A DNA stretch of 64,000 nucleotides, from assembly GCA_964016885.1 (NCBI GenBank), contig OZ024742.1, forward strand, positions 115,506,001-115,570,000. The letters run 5' to 3'. Origin of the DNA: Eledone cirrhosa. Lineage: Eukaryota. Below the pieces are notes generated by a model, which saw nothing but the letters and a program-made list of their open reading frames with translations, was not told the DNA's origin and ran no database searches. The translations under genes and the position numbers were made by a program. Positions 51,851 to 64,000 of the stretch are shown here, piece after piece. Numbering within the stretch: position 1 is the stretch's first letter; each line of letters begins with the position of its first letter.

Positions 51851-52205
51851 ATAATGCTTCCACCATGATGCATTCAAAATAGAAATGTTTAATTAGAGGA
51901 GATGAAACATCGTGATAGATAGGTATATATGTGCCGATGTCACATAGTCAGACAAATAAGTAAAAGGCGAAAATAAAAGTGTAAAGATAAAAATAACGAC
52001 CATATTATCAAACATTTTTTCTTTCCTTCCAGCCACTGCTCACTGTCCTCTATCTTACTGATTCTTCTTTGATTTATCTTTCTATTTTCTGATAAAACAA
52101 TAGCGTCTGAAACTTGAAGACACATTTCCTAACATATAGAGCGTAAAACTAATATATTTTTCCATTATACTTTACCGTTTCCTTCGTTGTTCCTGTTTAC
52201 TATTT

Positions 52206-52254
<49 letters not shown>

Positions 52255-52285
52255 AGATAGATAGATATTTATGTATGCATGAATG

Positions 52286-52425
<140 letters not shown>

Positions 52426-52997
52426 TGTGTGTGTGTAATAATACATATATACATACTTGATGGCTGCCCTCTCGATATCGAGTATGACTTTTGCACGATA
52501 TTACATTATTAATAATTATAAATTAATGCTATCGTGCAATGCCTGTGCTTGAAGATTTTTTTTAAGTGCGAAAAGAGTGTGCACTGAGCCAATCCGACTC
52601 TCTGAGCGACAGTAGCAATATACAGAAAAGAAGAAAAGGTCAACATTATCCGTAACTACTGAGCCGCAGGTTTTATGTCGGAGTTATCCCAGTTTCCTGA
52701 GTTGCCTTCACTTAGAAGAATTCCCTGACAAAGCATAGGCGTCCTTCACTCCTGGTGGTTTAACCACGCGATCGGTTATCCAGCCGGATTATTTCTATGA
52801 CCCCACGTATATATATATACATATGTATACATGTACAAGTACATGTACATATTTACAAATTGTTGGATGGCCGTTGCCTTCTATGAGTTCTTCCGCCCTC
52901 TGTCAGGTCTTGTTTTTGTCCTGCACAGTGTCCAAAATCTCCCTTCACATTCATACACGCTTGCATACATACTTACATACATGCATACATACATACA

Positions 52998-55900
52998 ATG
53001 GCGACCGTTGTGGTCAGTGTCCGATAATCGGACGTGTGTAATTACGGCTTACATGAAGACAACATATCATATATTGGAAAAAGTTGAGCTACATTAGGCG
53101 GTAAGATTGCATACAATAATTCTATATAAGTGTTTGAACTGTAAGTGTGTTGTAATACACCTATTTATATGAACGATACATACACTTATGATATATGAAC
53201 GATATATACACTTTAACATATAAATGCAACGTTGTTATATTACATTTATAAAGAAATATACAAGTAACGTTTTCGATTCAGAAACAAAAACATAAGTGTT
53301 TGAACTGTGAATATGTTGTGAATAAGTTGTAGAACACCTATTTATATGAATGATACATAAACTTTAACATATAAATACAGCGTTGTTATATTATATTACA
53401 TTCATAAAGGAATATACTAAGTAACGGTTTTTTTGTTCTTGATTCAAACGATTCAAGAACAACGTTTAAAACACAGTTGTAGAATTAAAAACTAACTGAA
53501 AAGAAATATTACCCAAGCTGTGAATAACTTTAAATTTAATTCTGACAGAACTTTGTCGAAACTTTTAAAGAAGAGCATCGACTATTTTGAAATATAAATA
53601 CGAAATATTAGTGAATAGACGAACTCATCATGGCAAAACATACAAGTCTCTTTCGACCAAATCGCAACTACAACCGTTGATTACAGTGGAGCTACGAGCT
53701 TAAAAAATAATTATATCAAGCATACAAACAATCTGAACACCAAAAGTTCGGTTTTATGCAAAGGCTAAAAACTTTATGGAACTCCAAACACCCAGAATTA
53801 GACTTTTCTACAAAGCATTTAAATGAACAGGCAAAACGTATCATTAGATGTAAATTAATACATCTAACGGAATTGAGTGACACTACAAATACAGCCCTTG
53901 TAGACAACCACCCCACCTCCACTGACAGATGAAGAGAATATGCCAGCTAAATCTAACAGTGAACAGCTCACCAACAATTTTGCTGAAATCCATCACACTT
54001 CCACTGAAGAACAGCGAGAATGGTCAGCTAACTCTAGTAGTAATTGTCACCACATCAATAAAGAGGCTGAAATTCATGACTCTACTGTACAAACAGAACA
54101 CCAAAAACTTGTGGACACCTTACAAGTGATATGGGACGATATGTTTCAATCGATACACAGCCTTAATGTGAGTGACAGACCATACGACACCAGAATCAGT
54201 AAAGAATCCACTAAATTGGAATTGGAAGCGGTGAACGAAATAGCTGGCAATTATCTGAAGGCTATACGATCTAAAGGTGTAGAAACGACATTTGAGAGGC
54301 TTAATATGTTGTTATATGTTTCAGCTGTCACATTGCTATCATATAACACACATCTAAAACCACGCAATCAAGATACAAATAAAAAGCCTGAACCAGCGTG
54401 GATGCGAAATTTAAAAAGCAACATTTTGTCCCTGAGACGAAGTATCTCACACATCGCAGTCGTTATGAAATGCAACATAGGGAGCAAGTTCACACGACAC
54501 CAGGAAGACCTAAAAAAAATTTAGAGAGCCGATTTGGAGATACAAAATTTAAGACTTTGAACTTCAAATGAAACCAGTTGAAACAACAACTCACAGCTGC
54601 AACAGAAAGACTAAAATATAGGTCAACAGCACATAAACGACAAGTGGTAAATATATTGTTTGCCAGAGATCCTAAATCAGTTTATCGCAGCTTCGGTGGC
54701 AAAAGCTCAATCCATGTAAATGATACCCCTTCAAAAGAACAGGTTGAGAGCTATTGGAGATCTGTATGGGAAACGGATGACGGATTCAACAGACAAACTA
54801 ATTGGCTAAAAGAACTGGAACAGGACTACTGCCAAAATGTCCAGACAAAACAATATGACATAGATGGGTCAATACTGGAATCAGCTCTACAGAAAATGTC
54901 GAATAGGAAATCACCAGACCCAGACCTCATTACAGGATACTGGTTGAAGAATTTCACTTTCTATCGGCAAGATCTCATACGGCTGTTTACAGAAACCATT
55001 AAAGGCACACAAGAACTTCCCAGATGGTTATCAACTGCCACTACTCTCCCCATTCCCCAAAATAGCCAAACCACCATTGCTAAAAATTACCGCCCAATAG
55101 CCTGCCAAAACATCATGTATAAATTATATACTGGGTGCCTTAAACTGTTCTTACAGGATCACTGTGCTACCAACAACATCATAACACCTGAGCAAGCTGG
55201 TGGAAAGAGGGAAGTGTGGGGTTGCATAGATCACCTACTAACTAATAAAATGATTCAGGAAAAAACAACAAAGAATTGCATAAAAATGATTGCGGTGTGT
55301 CTGGACTAACAAAAAGCATTTGATAGTGTACCTCATGGGTGGATTATTAAGGCTTTACAGTTCGCCAAAGTCCCACAACCATTGGTAGCTGCTGTGGAAT
55401 GCCTGACCAAGAACACCAATTTGATCCTTAGAGGTGAGAAGGAGCAAGTTAAGACTGATAAGATACATTACCAGAAGGGCATCTTTCAGGGTGATAGCTT
55501 GTCAGTGCTACTCTTCGTTCTCTCACTAAATCCACTATCGTACCTACTCAGGAAACAAGGTGGACAAAGAAATGGGTCCAGAGGTATCTCCCATATTTTC
55601 TTTGTTGATGACCTGAAGTTGTATGGGCCAAATATCAATGACATCAAGAAACAATTGGACTACATTACACAATCTTCAACAGACATCAAAATGAAAGTCG
55701 GTGAGTCCAAGTGTGCATAGTTGGCAGTAAAACGTGGAAGAGCTGTGCCCTCCTCTACAAATCTAGAGATGAACGGCCTGACAATACAACCTCTACAGTC
55801 AGGTGACAACTACAGACATCTTGGACACGATGAGAATGTCAGATATGATGGAACCATAAATAAGGAGAGAACCAGAACTGAATACCCCAGAAGAGTAAAG

Positions 55901-57182
55901 AAAATATGGTCATCAGAACTGTCAACATACAACAAGTACATTACTCACAATACTTATGCTGTGCCAATTCTAACGCCAACATTTGGCTTGCTGAACTGGT
56001 CATTGCAAGAACTAAGTGAGATGGATGTTAGAACTCGCAAACTTCTCAGGGTTACTGGAAACTTTAACATCAATGGTGAAGTGGATAGGTTATACTTCTC
56101 ACGCAAGGAAGGTGGCCGGGGTCTAAAGTCCATATTAATAACATATGAGACCCGGATAGTATCACTGAAGCAACACCTTCAACAGAGGAAAAAGGTTGGC
56201 AACCATCTTGCCCAGCGTTATGAGCATGAAAAAAAATCATTAGAATAGCGACTGATCTGGAGGAGAGATATGGAATAAATCCTGATATAAATCTCTCACC
56301 CAGAGAAATCGGAAGATCCTATTCAATGTTCAAACAAGATGAAACAATTGACCAATTTGCAGAAAAGGTTCTGCATGGATACTTGAGACGTAAAACACAG
56401 ACCATAGAGAGGATAAACCACTCAAAAAGCCTGGCATGGAGTTCCGACAAGTTTATGACATCACACCTTGAGGGATATCTCTATGCAATACAGGAACAAG
56501 AACTCCCTACCAAATATCTGCTGCACAAAAGAGGAGGGACAGCAGCTGACAATAAATGTAGGCTATGTAAAACAAAGATCGAGGATGTAAGCCACATTGT
56601 TGCCAGCTGCGAAAGAATGTCATCTCGCTACTACCTCCCCATGAGACACGATGGGATAGCTAGAACCATCTGGGACGCACTTCGGAAAACAAAATTAACA
56701 ACAAACGAGGAAGAATATATTGAGACAGATGGCACTAAGGAATACTGGTGGAACCTGAAAATAAAAACTGCAACCAAATTAAAGCACAACGGCCTGATAT
56801 TGTTGTTTCGGACCACACATTGAAAACGTGTTCTGTTGTGGAGATCAGCTGTCAATATGATGTAAACGTTGTCAGAAAAATAAAGGAGACGGAGGACACC
56901 CAGTATCCAAGATACACCTTTAGCTTCATATCCATCATTATTGGAGCTACGGGTTATATACCAACCCGCTTGAACCAAAGTATGACTGAACTTAGATTTG
57001 CGAACAAAAAGCGCAGCTCCCTAATTCATAGTCTAGAAATGGCTGCGATAGCTGGCACCTTCAAAATTTGCAAAACATTCTTGCGATTCAAGGGATGACA
57101 AATTGTTTTCTTTTACAACCTTGCCACCAGGAAGGTGGCCGGTCAAAAAAAATATACCCTAAATTAAGAGAAAGAGATAATA
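52998..57182 (+). mobile_element. Full-length, disrupted R4/Dong retrotransposon, family C
   Basis: ORF from ATG 53630 (QWSYEL..Y..S..GFMQRLKTLW) to 57098 in pieces: YRPIAC, EQAGGK, GIFQGDSLS, FFVDD, GGRGL, CRLC..EDVSHIVASC, RHD, RPDIVV..VEISC. ACATACATACA on both flanks. Confidence 0.9.
53127..53463. repeat. Two diverged ~166-bp tandem units in the Dong C 5' UTR
   Basis: Both units start TAAGTGTTTGAACTGT and share CACCTATTTATATGAA and ACTTTAACATATAAAT. Confidence 0.85.
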
Positions 57183-57873
57183 ACATACATACACACATAC
57201 ATAAATGCATGCACGTGCGCACGCATATGCATGTGTCTGTTCCGTACTACAAAATATATATGTATTGAGAATGTATTTTTCTATGCAATATAAGTTTGTT
57301 GCAGACAGTTCATGTTATGAAATCTATTATAACACACCCACACCATATATGGCGTGTGACTGAACTACGTTTATTGCAGTTTACACAACATACAACGAAC
57401 TATTGCTTCGATGTTCATGTAACATTCTGTAGCTTACTGATATTCTGATGAAATATTTCTCTCTATTATGGGCAATGACAAGAGAAACCTTTTAGAAATC
57501 TCCATCGTTGCAAGATTACGTTATATTTCCGATTTCGAAAATCAAATATAAAATACAAAAATATATTAGTTCGCTTTGACATTTGATGCCTTGTGCAAGT
57601 TTTGCTCACTTCCTCGGTCAATGAATGTAAAATTTAAATCGAGAAAATTCGCTAGTATATTTTCCTTTGGTGAACTTTATGTTGTGATAGATAATAAACT
57701 ACTCAAACAGAATAATTCTACTCTTTACTTGGCTATTGCAGTCTTTGATAAACGTAAATTTCATTATTGACATATAATAACTACTAGTCACTGTTAGTTT
57801 GATATTTTATTGTAACACTTTGCCCTTTTCATATTGTTACGAGAAAATCAGTGTTGTACATATATGTACATAT

Positions 57874-57941
<68 letters not shown>

Positions 57942-58499
57942 GTCCCCTAAACAAATGCGAAGATGAATGTGTTTTTCTTCATTATAGTCAATAGCCTTAT
58001 ACCTGCAAACTTTTTAGATAGAAGATAGCTTGAAGCTATGTGGAATTGTCACATTAACAAACCTATTCAAGGACGCTTCTCTTTACTTTTTTTATGGATG
58101 CTTGTACACTCAACGTTATTCTTCATCAGATGAAGCAGTGGAATTGGATACATGTAAAGTCAGCTTACAAAAGTGTGTAGCTTGAGGTTGGATAGTGTTG
58201 GGCTACTATTACTACTTTTTAAGTGAGAAAGTCTAGCCTCAAATATTTTACAAAAATACATTTGGGAAATAAATATTTATGAGAATGTAATCTAGACTAA
58301 CGTAATCATTACTATTCAATTTAAAAGAAAAACGAAAGAACATGATAAGATGTGGCACAAGATACACGGAACACCTTAGAAAGATAACTAGGATTCATTT
58401 TCTGATGTTATTTTCTAAGATAATTAGTTATATCTCAGCGAGCCATGCAAGTATTTAGTGATCCTGCATATAATAACAACAAAAAATCATAATCATAAT

Positions 58500-58534
58500 A
58501 AATGTTTCTACATCAGACACAAGGCCAGCAATTT
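58500..58534 (-). mobile_element. 3' fragment of tRNA-derived SINE
   Basis: TGTTTCTACATCAGACACAAGGCCAGCAATT matches the SINE tail (reverse complement). Confidence 0.7.
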
Positions 58535-61500
58535 CATTATTGGCCAAAAGGGCCTACATAGAGGGTACAATACTAAAAGACAGAGACTGGGGGTTTACAA
58601 TCAAATCGAGTGAAATAAAAACTATAACAATAAACAAGAAAAATACAAGCAAGAGAGTTCCCCAAATAGAGGAGACAACCACTCAACGACGACTCAGGTA
58701 CACCACCAATCTTCAACTACCCGACGCTTCGAGAGAACCCGGGAAATGGACTCCTCTCCCCTTCAAATTAACCAGCCTACAGGCGAATGCTAACAGTACG
58801 CCAATGCACACGGCTCATTCTCCTCACAATCACTCACCTTTTAGAAAATGTACTTGGGGGAAGCACTTCTCACTTAACCCTCACGTTACTTTCCAAGTGA
58901 AATTTGAAAGAGTTGATGAATGATAGGCCTAAGAGAAAATTGACTGTCTTCAATCGTTTAACCTAGTCCACCATACAACCTATTTTGCTACCGCCACCAA
59001 ACACAGAAAAACTGCCTACCCTTACCGGCCAAAAGAAGGCGGTCCATAGCCAGATCCTATCGATACGTGACAACAGTTCTTCGACATAATTCCACAAACT
59101 TGTAAACCACGGATCCTGGACGAGTGCGGGGAGAACGGTTTTATCGCATGTCGGTCAGGTCCATCTGACAGCATTTCCCTGCATGTAGAGTTTATTTTCA
59201 ACCGCCAGTGCTCCCCCGTAGCATTACCAAGCGAGGGATGTCTGCACGTTATTCATAGGCATGGCGCGATGGTCAGTTCGATTTCGTCGATGACGAGAGC
59301 TTTTCCGAATGAGTCGTCACACTCGCCTACTATTTATCTTTTACAGAAATCGATAGTGGAAGTTCCAGAGACCGGATTGACCGCCTTGTATAGGGAAGTG
59401 ATGGCCTGGCAATATTCTCACAAAGAGAAATTTCACATGTTCATCTTTTACGTAGAATATCTGGCGAAGCTGCAACCTCAAAACATGTGTGCACGTCATT
59501 AGCGATGTAATGCCACACGCATTGAGTGCTGGCAGCAGATGGTCCACCTCATCAACGAAACCCATCCCCACAAAAGAAGTTGAAGAAGAGCGGTTCCAAT
59601 TTGGTGAGGTGCGAACGGGAGCAAATCACGACGGTCATGTGCTACTAGATGACGGATGCTATTTACGCGTTGTCCACCTCCACCCGGCATTTCAGGGACA
59701 GCTTCCTCTCGACCCATTTCTGGGTGTGTGTAGCTACCCAGTTTGTAATATTGTTCCAATTCTTATCCACCTGGGGGATTGGTCCGAACCAAACCCTGAG
59801 CAATTTTACGGTCCGTATGTCTAGCTCCCGGTAGGAAGTTGCCTCTCCTTGTACAAAGCTGCAAGCCTACCTAATTTTCCGGGTTTATTTTTTCTCACGC
59901 CAACCATTCATATTGCTTCAAGTAGATGCCGAGCACCTCGATTTCCGAAGTGTTCAACATCATCACGGCGATGTTGTCCGAATATTCAGAAGAAGGCATG
60001 GAAACATGCCTCGGTTCGACCAGATTGCGCTCCTACAGCTCCAGCTTCCGCAGTAAAGTATCGGCATTCAATACGTACAGAAGACAGGATGGAAGGCACA
60101 CTTGACGGTCCGATCGGGAGATCAAAAATGGTTTTGAATCATGGCCATTATCTTTGACCAACAAGCAGAGGCCGCTGTATATTGCAGCCATCCAACCTCT
60201 GACGACAGGACAGCCACCATGTCTCGATGAAATACTCTATCAAAAGATTTCAATAGATCAAAATTTATCAGAGACCCGCTGAAGCCAGGTTTTCACCCTA
60301 CCTTCTCTATAATGTATCCCATAAGGTAAATTTCTCGTGCATATACCAGGTCTGCATTTCGCAATTTAGACCCTCACCTACTGAATTCTCTTCACTTCGA
60401 TAAAACCTTGGCCAAAATCTAAAACTCTCCTTCAGCAGATTTATGTGCTTCACTGTATCTAACGTATCCTCCCTCTTGTTCTCCTTTTTCTTCATCGGCA
60501 TCAGAATGCCTAGTCTCACATAACTGGTAATACATTAATTCTGTTGTCAGTTGCAATTGAGCGATTTAAGGTAATCGGAGAACATGTCTGACATGAATAA
60601 GTAAATCTCGTAGGGCTGACCATCCAAACCGAGTGACCTCCGCCTTATGCACCAGGCTAAGTCATCCTAAATATCGAGTCAAGCTATCGGCTTTTCACAG
60701 GCTCAAAAATAGGCTGGTGAGTGACGCCACAGACCATAAAATACCGACAGAAATCAGTCACAGTCTCTGGCCACTTGCTACCCTTGAAATACTGAGTATA
60801 GTGCAAGTGAAAGGCCTCACGCATGTCAGGAATCTTTCCTTCGTATTTTTTCGGTCCGTCAAACCGGAATTATGGTTTTCTTACCAAGCTTCGCTTCTGC
60901 CACGCAATGCAATCGAACAGACGCGGTTATCTCGTTTCTTTGGCCACGCGCCATAGCTCTGTGAATGCAAACCTTTGTGTTTCTTACTGAAGTTATCGTC
61001 TAATTCCATTCTCGTTGCTAGCATTTCAGTCGCAATGGCACTACAAATAGCCTCGCATAAATTTAGCTAATAGGTCTCCCCCGTTTCATTTTTTCCAACA
61101 GCTACTTGTTTGCTAAAACCTATCTAGATTACTCTAATCTCTCTTTTTAAATGCCTGTTATTTGTCGACTCCCCAGACTTTTGATTAACTATATTGTTGA
61201 CCCAGTCCATGTAAGCCTTGCGTTCTTGAACCAGCATGTTCAGCTTCCAGCAACCAGGTTCTAGTCTCAGTGTCTTATCCAGGTCGAACAAACAGACCAC
61301 AAGCTTGTTACCTGAATAAACAATGCTTTGAAAGCGTGGGTGATTTATGCTACATTTTTTTATTGAACAAAGAAACTATACATATACGATCTAGATAACA
61401 CTGCGTTGTTGATCCAGATCCACACTGGCGCAATAGGGAAATCTCCCGATATATGTCGGACAAGTGGAAATGGCTGATCAAGTACTTGAGGCTTTTTGCA

Positions 61501-61925
61501 ACCCCGCGCTTATCAGCTTAGTCCCACAAAATCAAAGCTTGCGTCAAAGATGATGTTTCAGTTCTCGCTAACATTAAAGGGTGAGACGTTCCCAGAGAGT
61601 GTCCTAGGTGTCTCAAAAAATACATTTGTTTGGCTTCGGTAGGGCCGTAGACGACTACCAGTCTAATAGCCTTGCTATTGCTCACATCCAGGACTACCAA
61701 ATGACCCTCCGATTCCCGGACGATCGACAGTACCTCCATTTCCAGGTGTTTCCTAAACAGCACTGCCTGCCTACATCCCATTTTTAGCCGATTTAGAGAT
61801 ACGACGATTTGATAGCCATAAAAATGGGGGTGCTTGTGCGCGCGCGTCGGAAATCCCGATGTCAGTGACGGCAAGCACATCCATATCTAGAGCCTGAGGT
61901 CTTTCAGCAGGCGGCCATGCTCAGC
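58535..61925 (-). mobile_element. Decayed L1/Tx1 LINE ORF2 (Tx1 copy 3)
   Basis: Endonuclease relic ESEGHLVVLDVS..IRLVVVYGPT; nucleotide similarity to 600-3900 (e.g. AAATTTGAAAGAGTTGATG, TTCAGCTTCCAGCAACCAGG); related 3' terminus. Confidence 0.85.
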
Positions 61926-63254
61926 TCAGAACTGTCGGATGCTAGACCGTCGCACCGGTGATGTTGCTCGGAATCTGGTTTAGTCTAATCCTCTTGGTAG
62001 AAATAAGCTGGAACGAGGTAACGGACATGGTGACCACACTCACCCAGAAATGGGCCGAGAGAAAACTATCTCTGAATGTTTGAGCGGATTTTGCGAACGC
62101 AGACATTGCGCCCATCATCTATTGCCGACATCGATATTCTCATTTCTATATTTCCCATCAAACACTTTGCTGTCCAAACAAGGCCGAAAATCACATGCAA
62201 TGCTTCCATTCCAGCCATTTTGCAACGGTTACGAATCAGTTATTTAAATGTACTCCTAGTTGAACTAGTTAAAAGAGATTGCCTACTGGCGAGAATCTTG
62301 ATCTTTGATTTAAGTAATACAAAAATGTTTATTTTTACCAGTCATTGGTACAATACTCTCTCAGATTCGAATCAGCTGTATATGTATAATTTAGGAACGA
62401 AAAATAAATCATGTAATTTTCTTTTAGATTTTGATTAACTTTTTATCTTATCATATGTATTACAATATATAATTAATTTTTTTCTGTATTTAATTTTCTT
62501 TTCTGTAATACACTTGTCACAGTATGCAATGGAATAGGTTTTTCGCATGTTACTTCAATTAAGCTCTTTCAGAATATATGTATGTATGTACATATATGTG
62601 TGTGTATGTACACGCGCACACACATGCGTATGTGTGTGTTTATATGTACAGACTCACACATACACACTCATACTGTCTAAAACCATATTCCAGAAATAAA
62701 ATTTATTTTACAACCCTACTTTTGCCAATGCCATTTACCTCTCTCACCCATATAATTTGTCTCTAGCCATTTTTTTATTCAGTCTGTCTATATATTTATT
62801 TATTTATTTGCTTGTTTGTTTATTTTATTTTGTCTTCTTTGCGCATGCAAAAAAAAAAAAAAGAAAAAAAATGGCGTAGACATACAACACAACAGGAGGA
62901 AAACATATAACACCACTGACAATGTTGCAGATGTGCAACGAAAGATTTATGTAAATTATGTAAACTATATATATGTGTTTGTGTCTATATTGTATCTGTA
63001 TTATTTTTGACCGTCGGTCAGTCAATGGCAACATTGAGGACCGATTAAGTTAGATCGCAGATATAAAAGACAGCGAGAAGCGAAAACCAACCAAACAGTG
63101 AGTGTGTTCTGTTATTAATTCTGGCAATATTACACAAATATGACCCTCCCCAAGTATAACAATATTTGTTTCGACACACGATTTCATATAAAAAACCTCG
63201 CTAAACTATATATATATATATATATATCTGTATATATGTATATAATATATATTT

Positions 63255-63932
63255 CTAGGGCGGGTAAAATTCCCGAGATCCATGGACGAGTTCTCTCCAG
63301 CAGTCTCTGTCCCTCATTATCGCTGCCATGTCCTGTGTCTCCAACAGACCTGTGTCTGTCCTTAGGGCATCAACAAACGTTAACCTTGATCTTCATCTTC
63401 CAGTGTGTCCATGTAGCGGCTCCCACAGGAGCACTGAGTGCAATGTCAACTCTGGATGTCGGTGAGCATGTCCAGCTAACCTCAGTCTCCTCTGTGTCAA
63501 TTTTTAGCTGACTTTTGGGAGGCTCCCATACAGCTCTGAGGTTTCATCCTCAGTGTATACTGATTAATGTTCAGAGCCATCCTCAGCATTCGTGTGGGAC
63601 TGAGAATGAAGGAGACTAAAACAAAATATCTGGTAGAGAATGTTGAGAAGCCAGAGGGCATCACTAATGTAGGCGGGAAGCCGCTAGAATTGGTTGAGGA
63701 CTTCCTGTATTTGGGAGCAAAGATTGGGAATACGGAAGATGATGTGGTTGAGAGGAAGTGCAAGGCCTGGGCGGTGTGCCACAGCTTGAGGTCGGTGTGG
63801 CAGTCGGAACTTCGTAAAGACCTGAAAATCTGCCTCTTCATTCCTGTACGGGAATCTGTGCTGCTGTACGGGTCTGAGACTTGGACACTGACCAAGAAAC
63901 TCACTCAGATTGTGAATTGGTGCTACACGAGA
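63255..63932. mobile_element. 5'-truncated, 5'-inverted RTE-clade LINE
   Basis: + strand 63594-63932: VGLRM..KTKY..VEDFLYLG..KAWAVCHSL..VWQS..SVLLYGSETWTLTK..CYTR. - strand 63592-63255 continues MLRMALNI..RRLRLAGH..LLWEP.HG..TFVD..MRDRDCWR*. Flanked by (TA)n. Confidence 0.88.
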
Positions 63933-64000
63933 ATATATACATATATATATATATATGTGGACCATAAGGCACCAGAGTACTCGATAATATGGGTAATAGA

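Overview
Eukaryotic, AT-rich DNA dense in microsatellites and transposons. The SINE family and repeat landscape resemble an octopus-like cephalopod (inference). I see no bacterial features, CRISPR array, rRNA or tRNA gene, and no confidently identifiable host gene. Positions 230-23,500 form a nest of retroelements around (TAA)n tracts: one full-length but broken L1/Tx1 LINE (-), three R4/Dong RT+RLE retrotransposons (+) from two families (one with an open 1130-aa ORF), a second Tx1 (-) and several tRNA-derived SINEs. An unexplained ~200-bp module sits between consecutive Dong elements. Positions 23,500-34,000 hold old DNA-transposon relics (Chapaev-3-like, mariner). Positions 36,100-41,000 are a Penelope-like cluster with several hammerhead-ribozyme cores, including a 186-bp fold-back and cores split by long inserts. 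After that come tandem non-autonomous Helitrons, more SINEs, two more decayed Tx1 copies, a third Dong family sitting in (CATA)n, and a 5'-inverted RTE fragment. All alignments, folds and family assignments were done by eye and from memory of family motifs; boundaries marked ~ are approximate.
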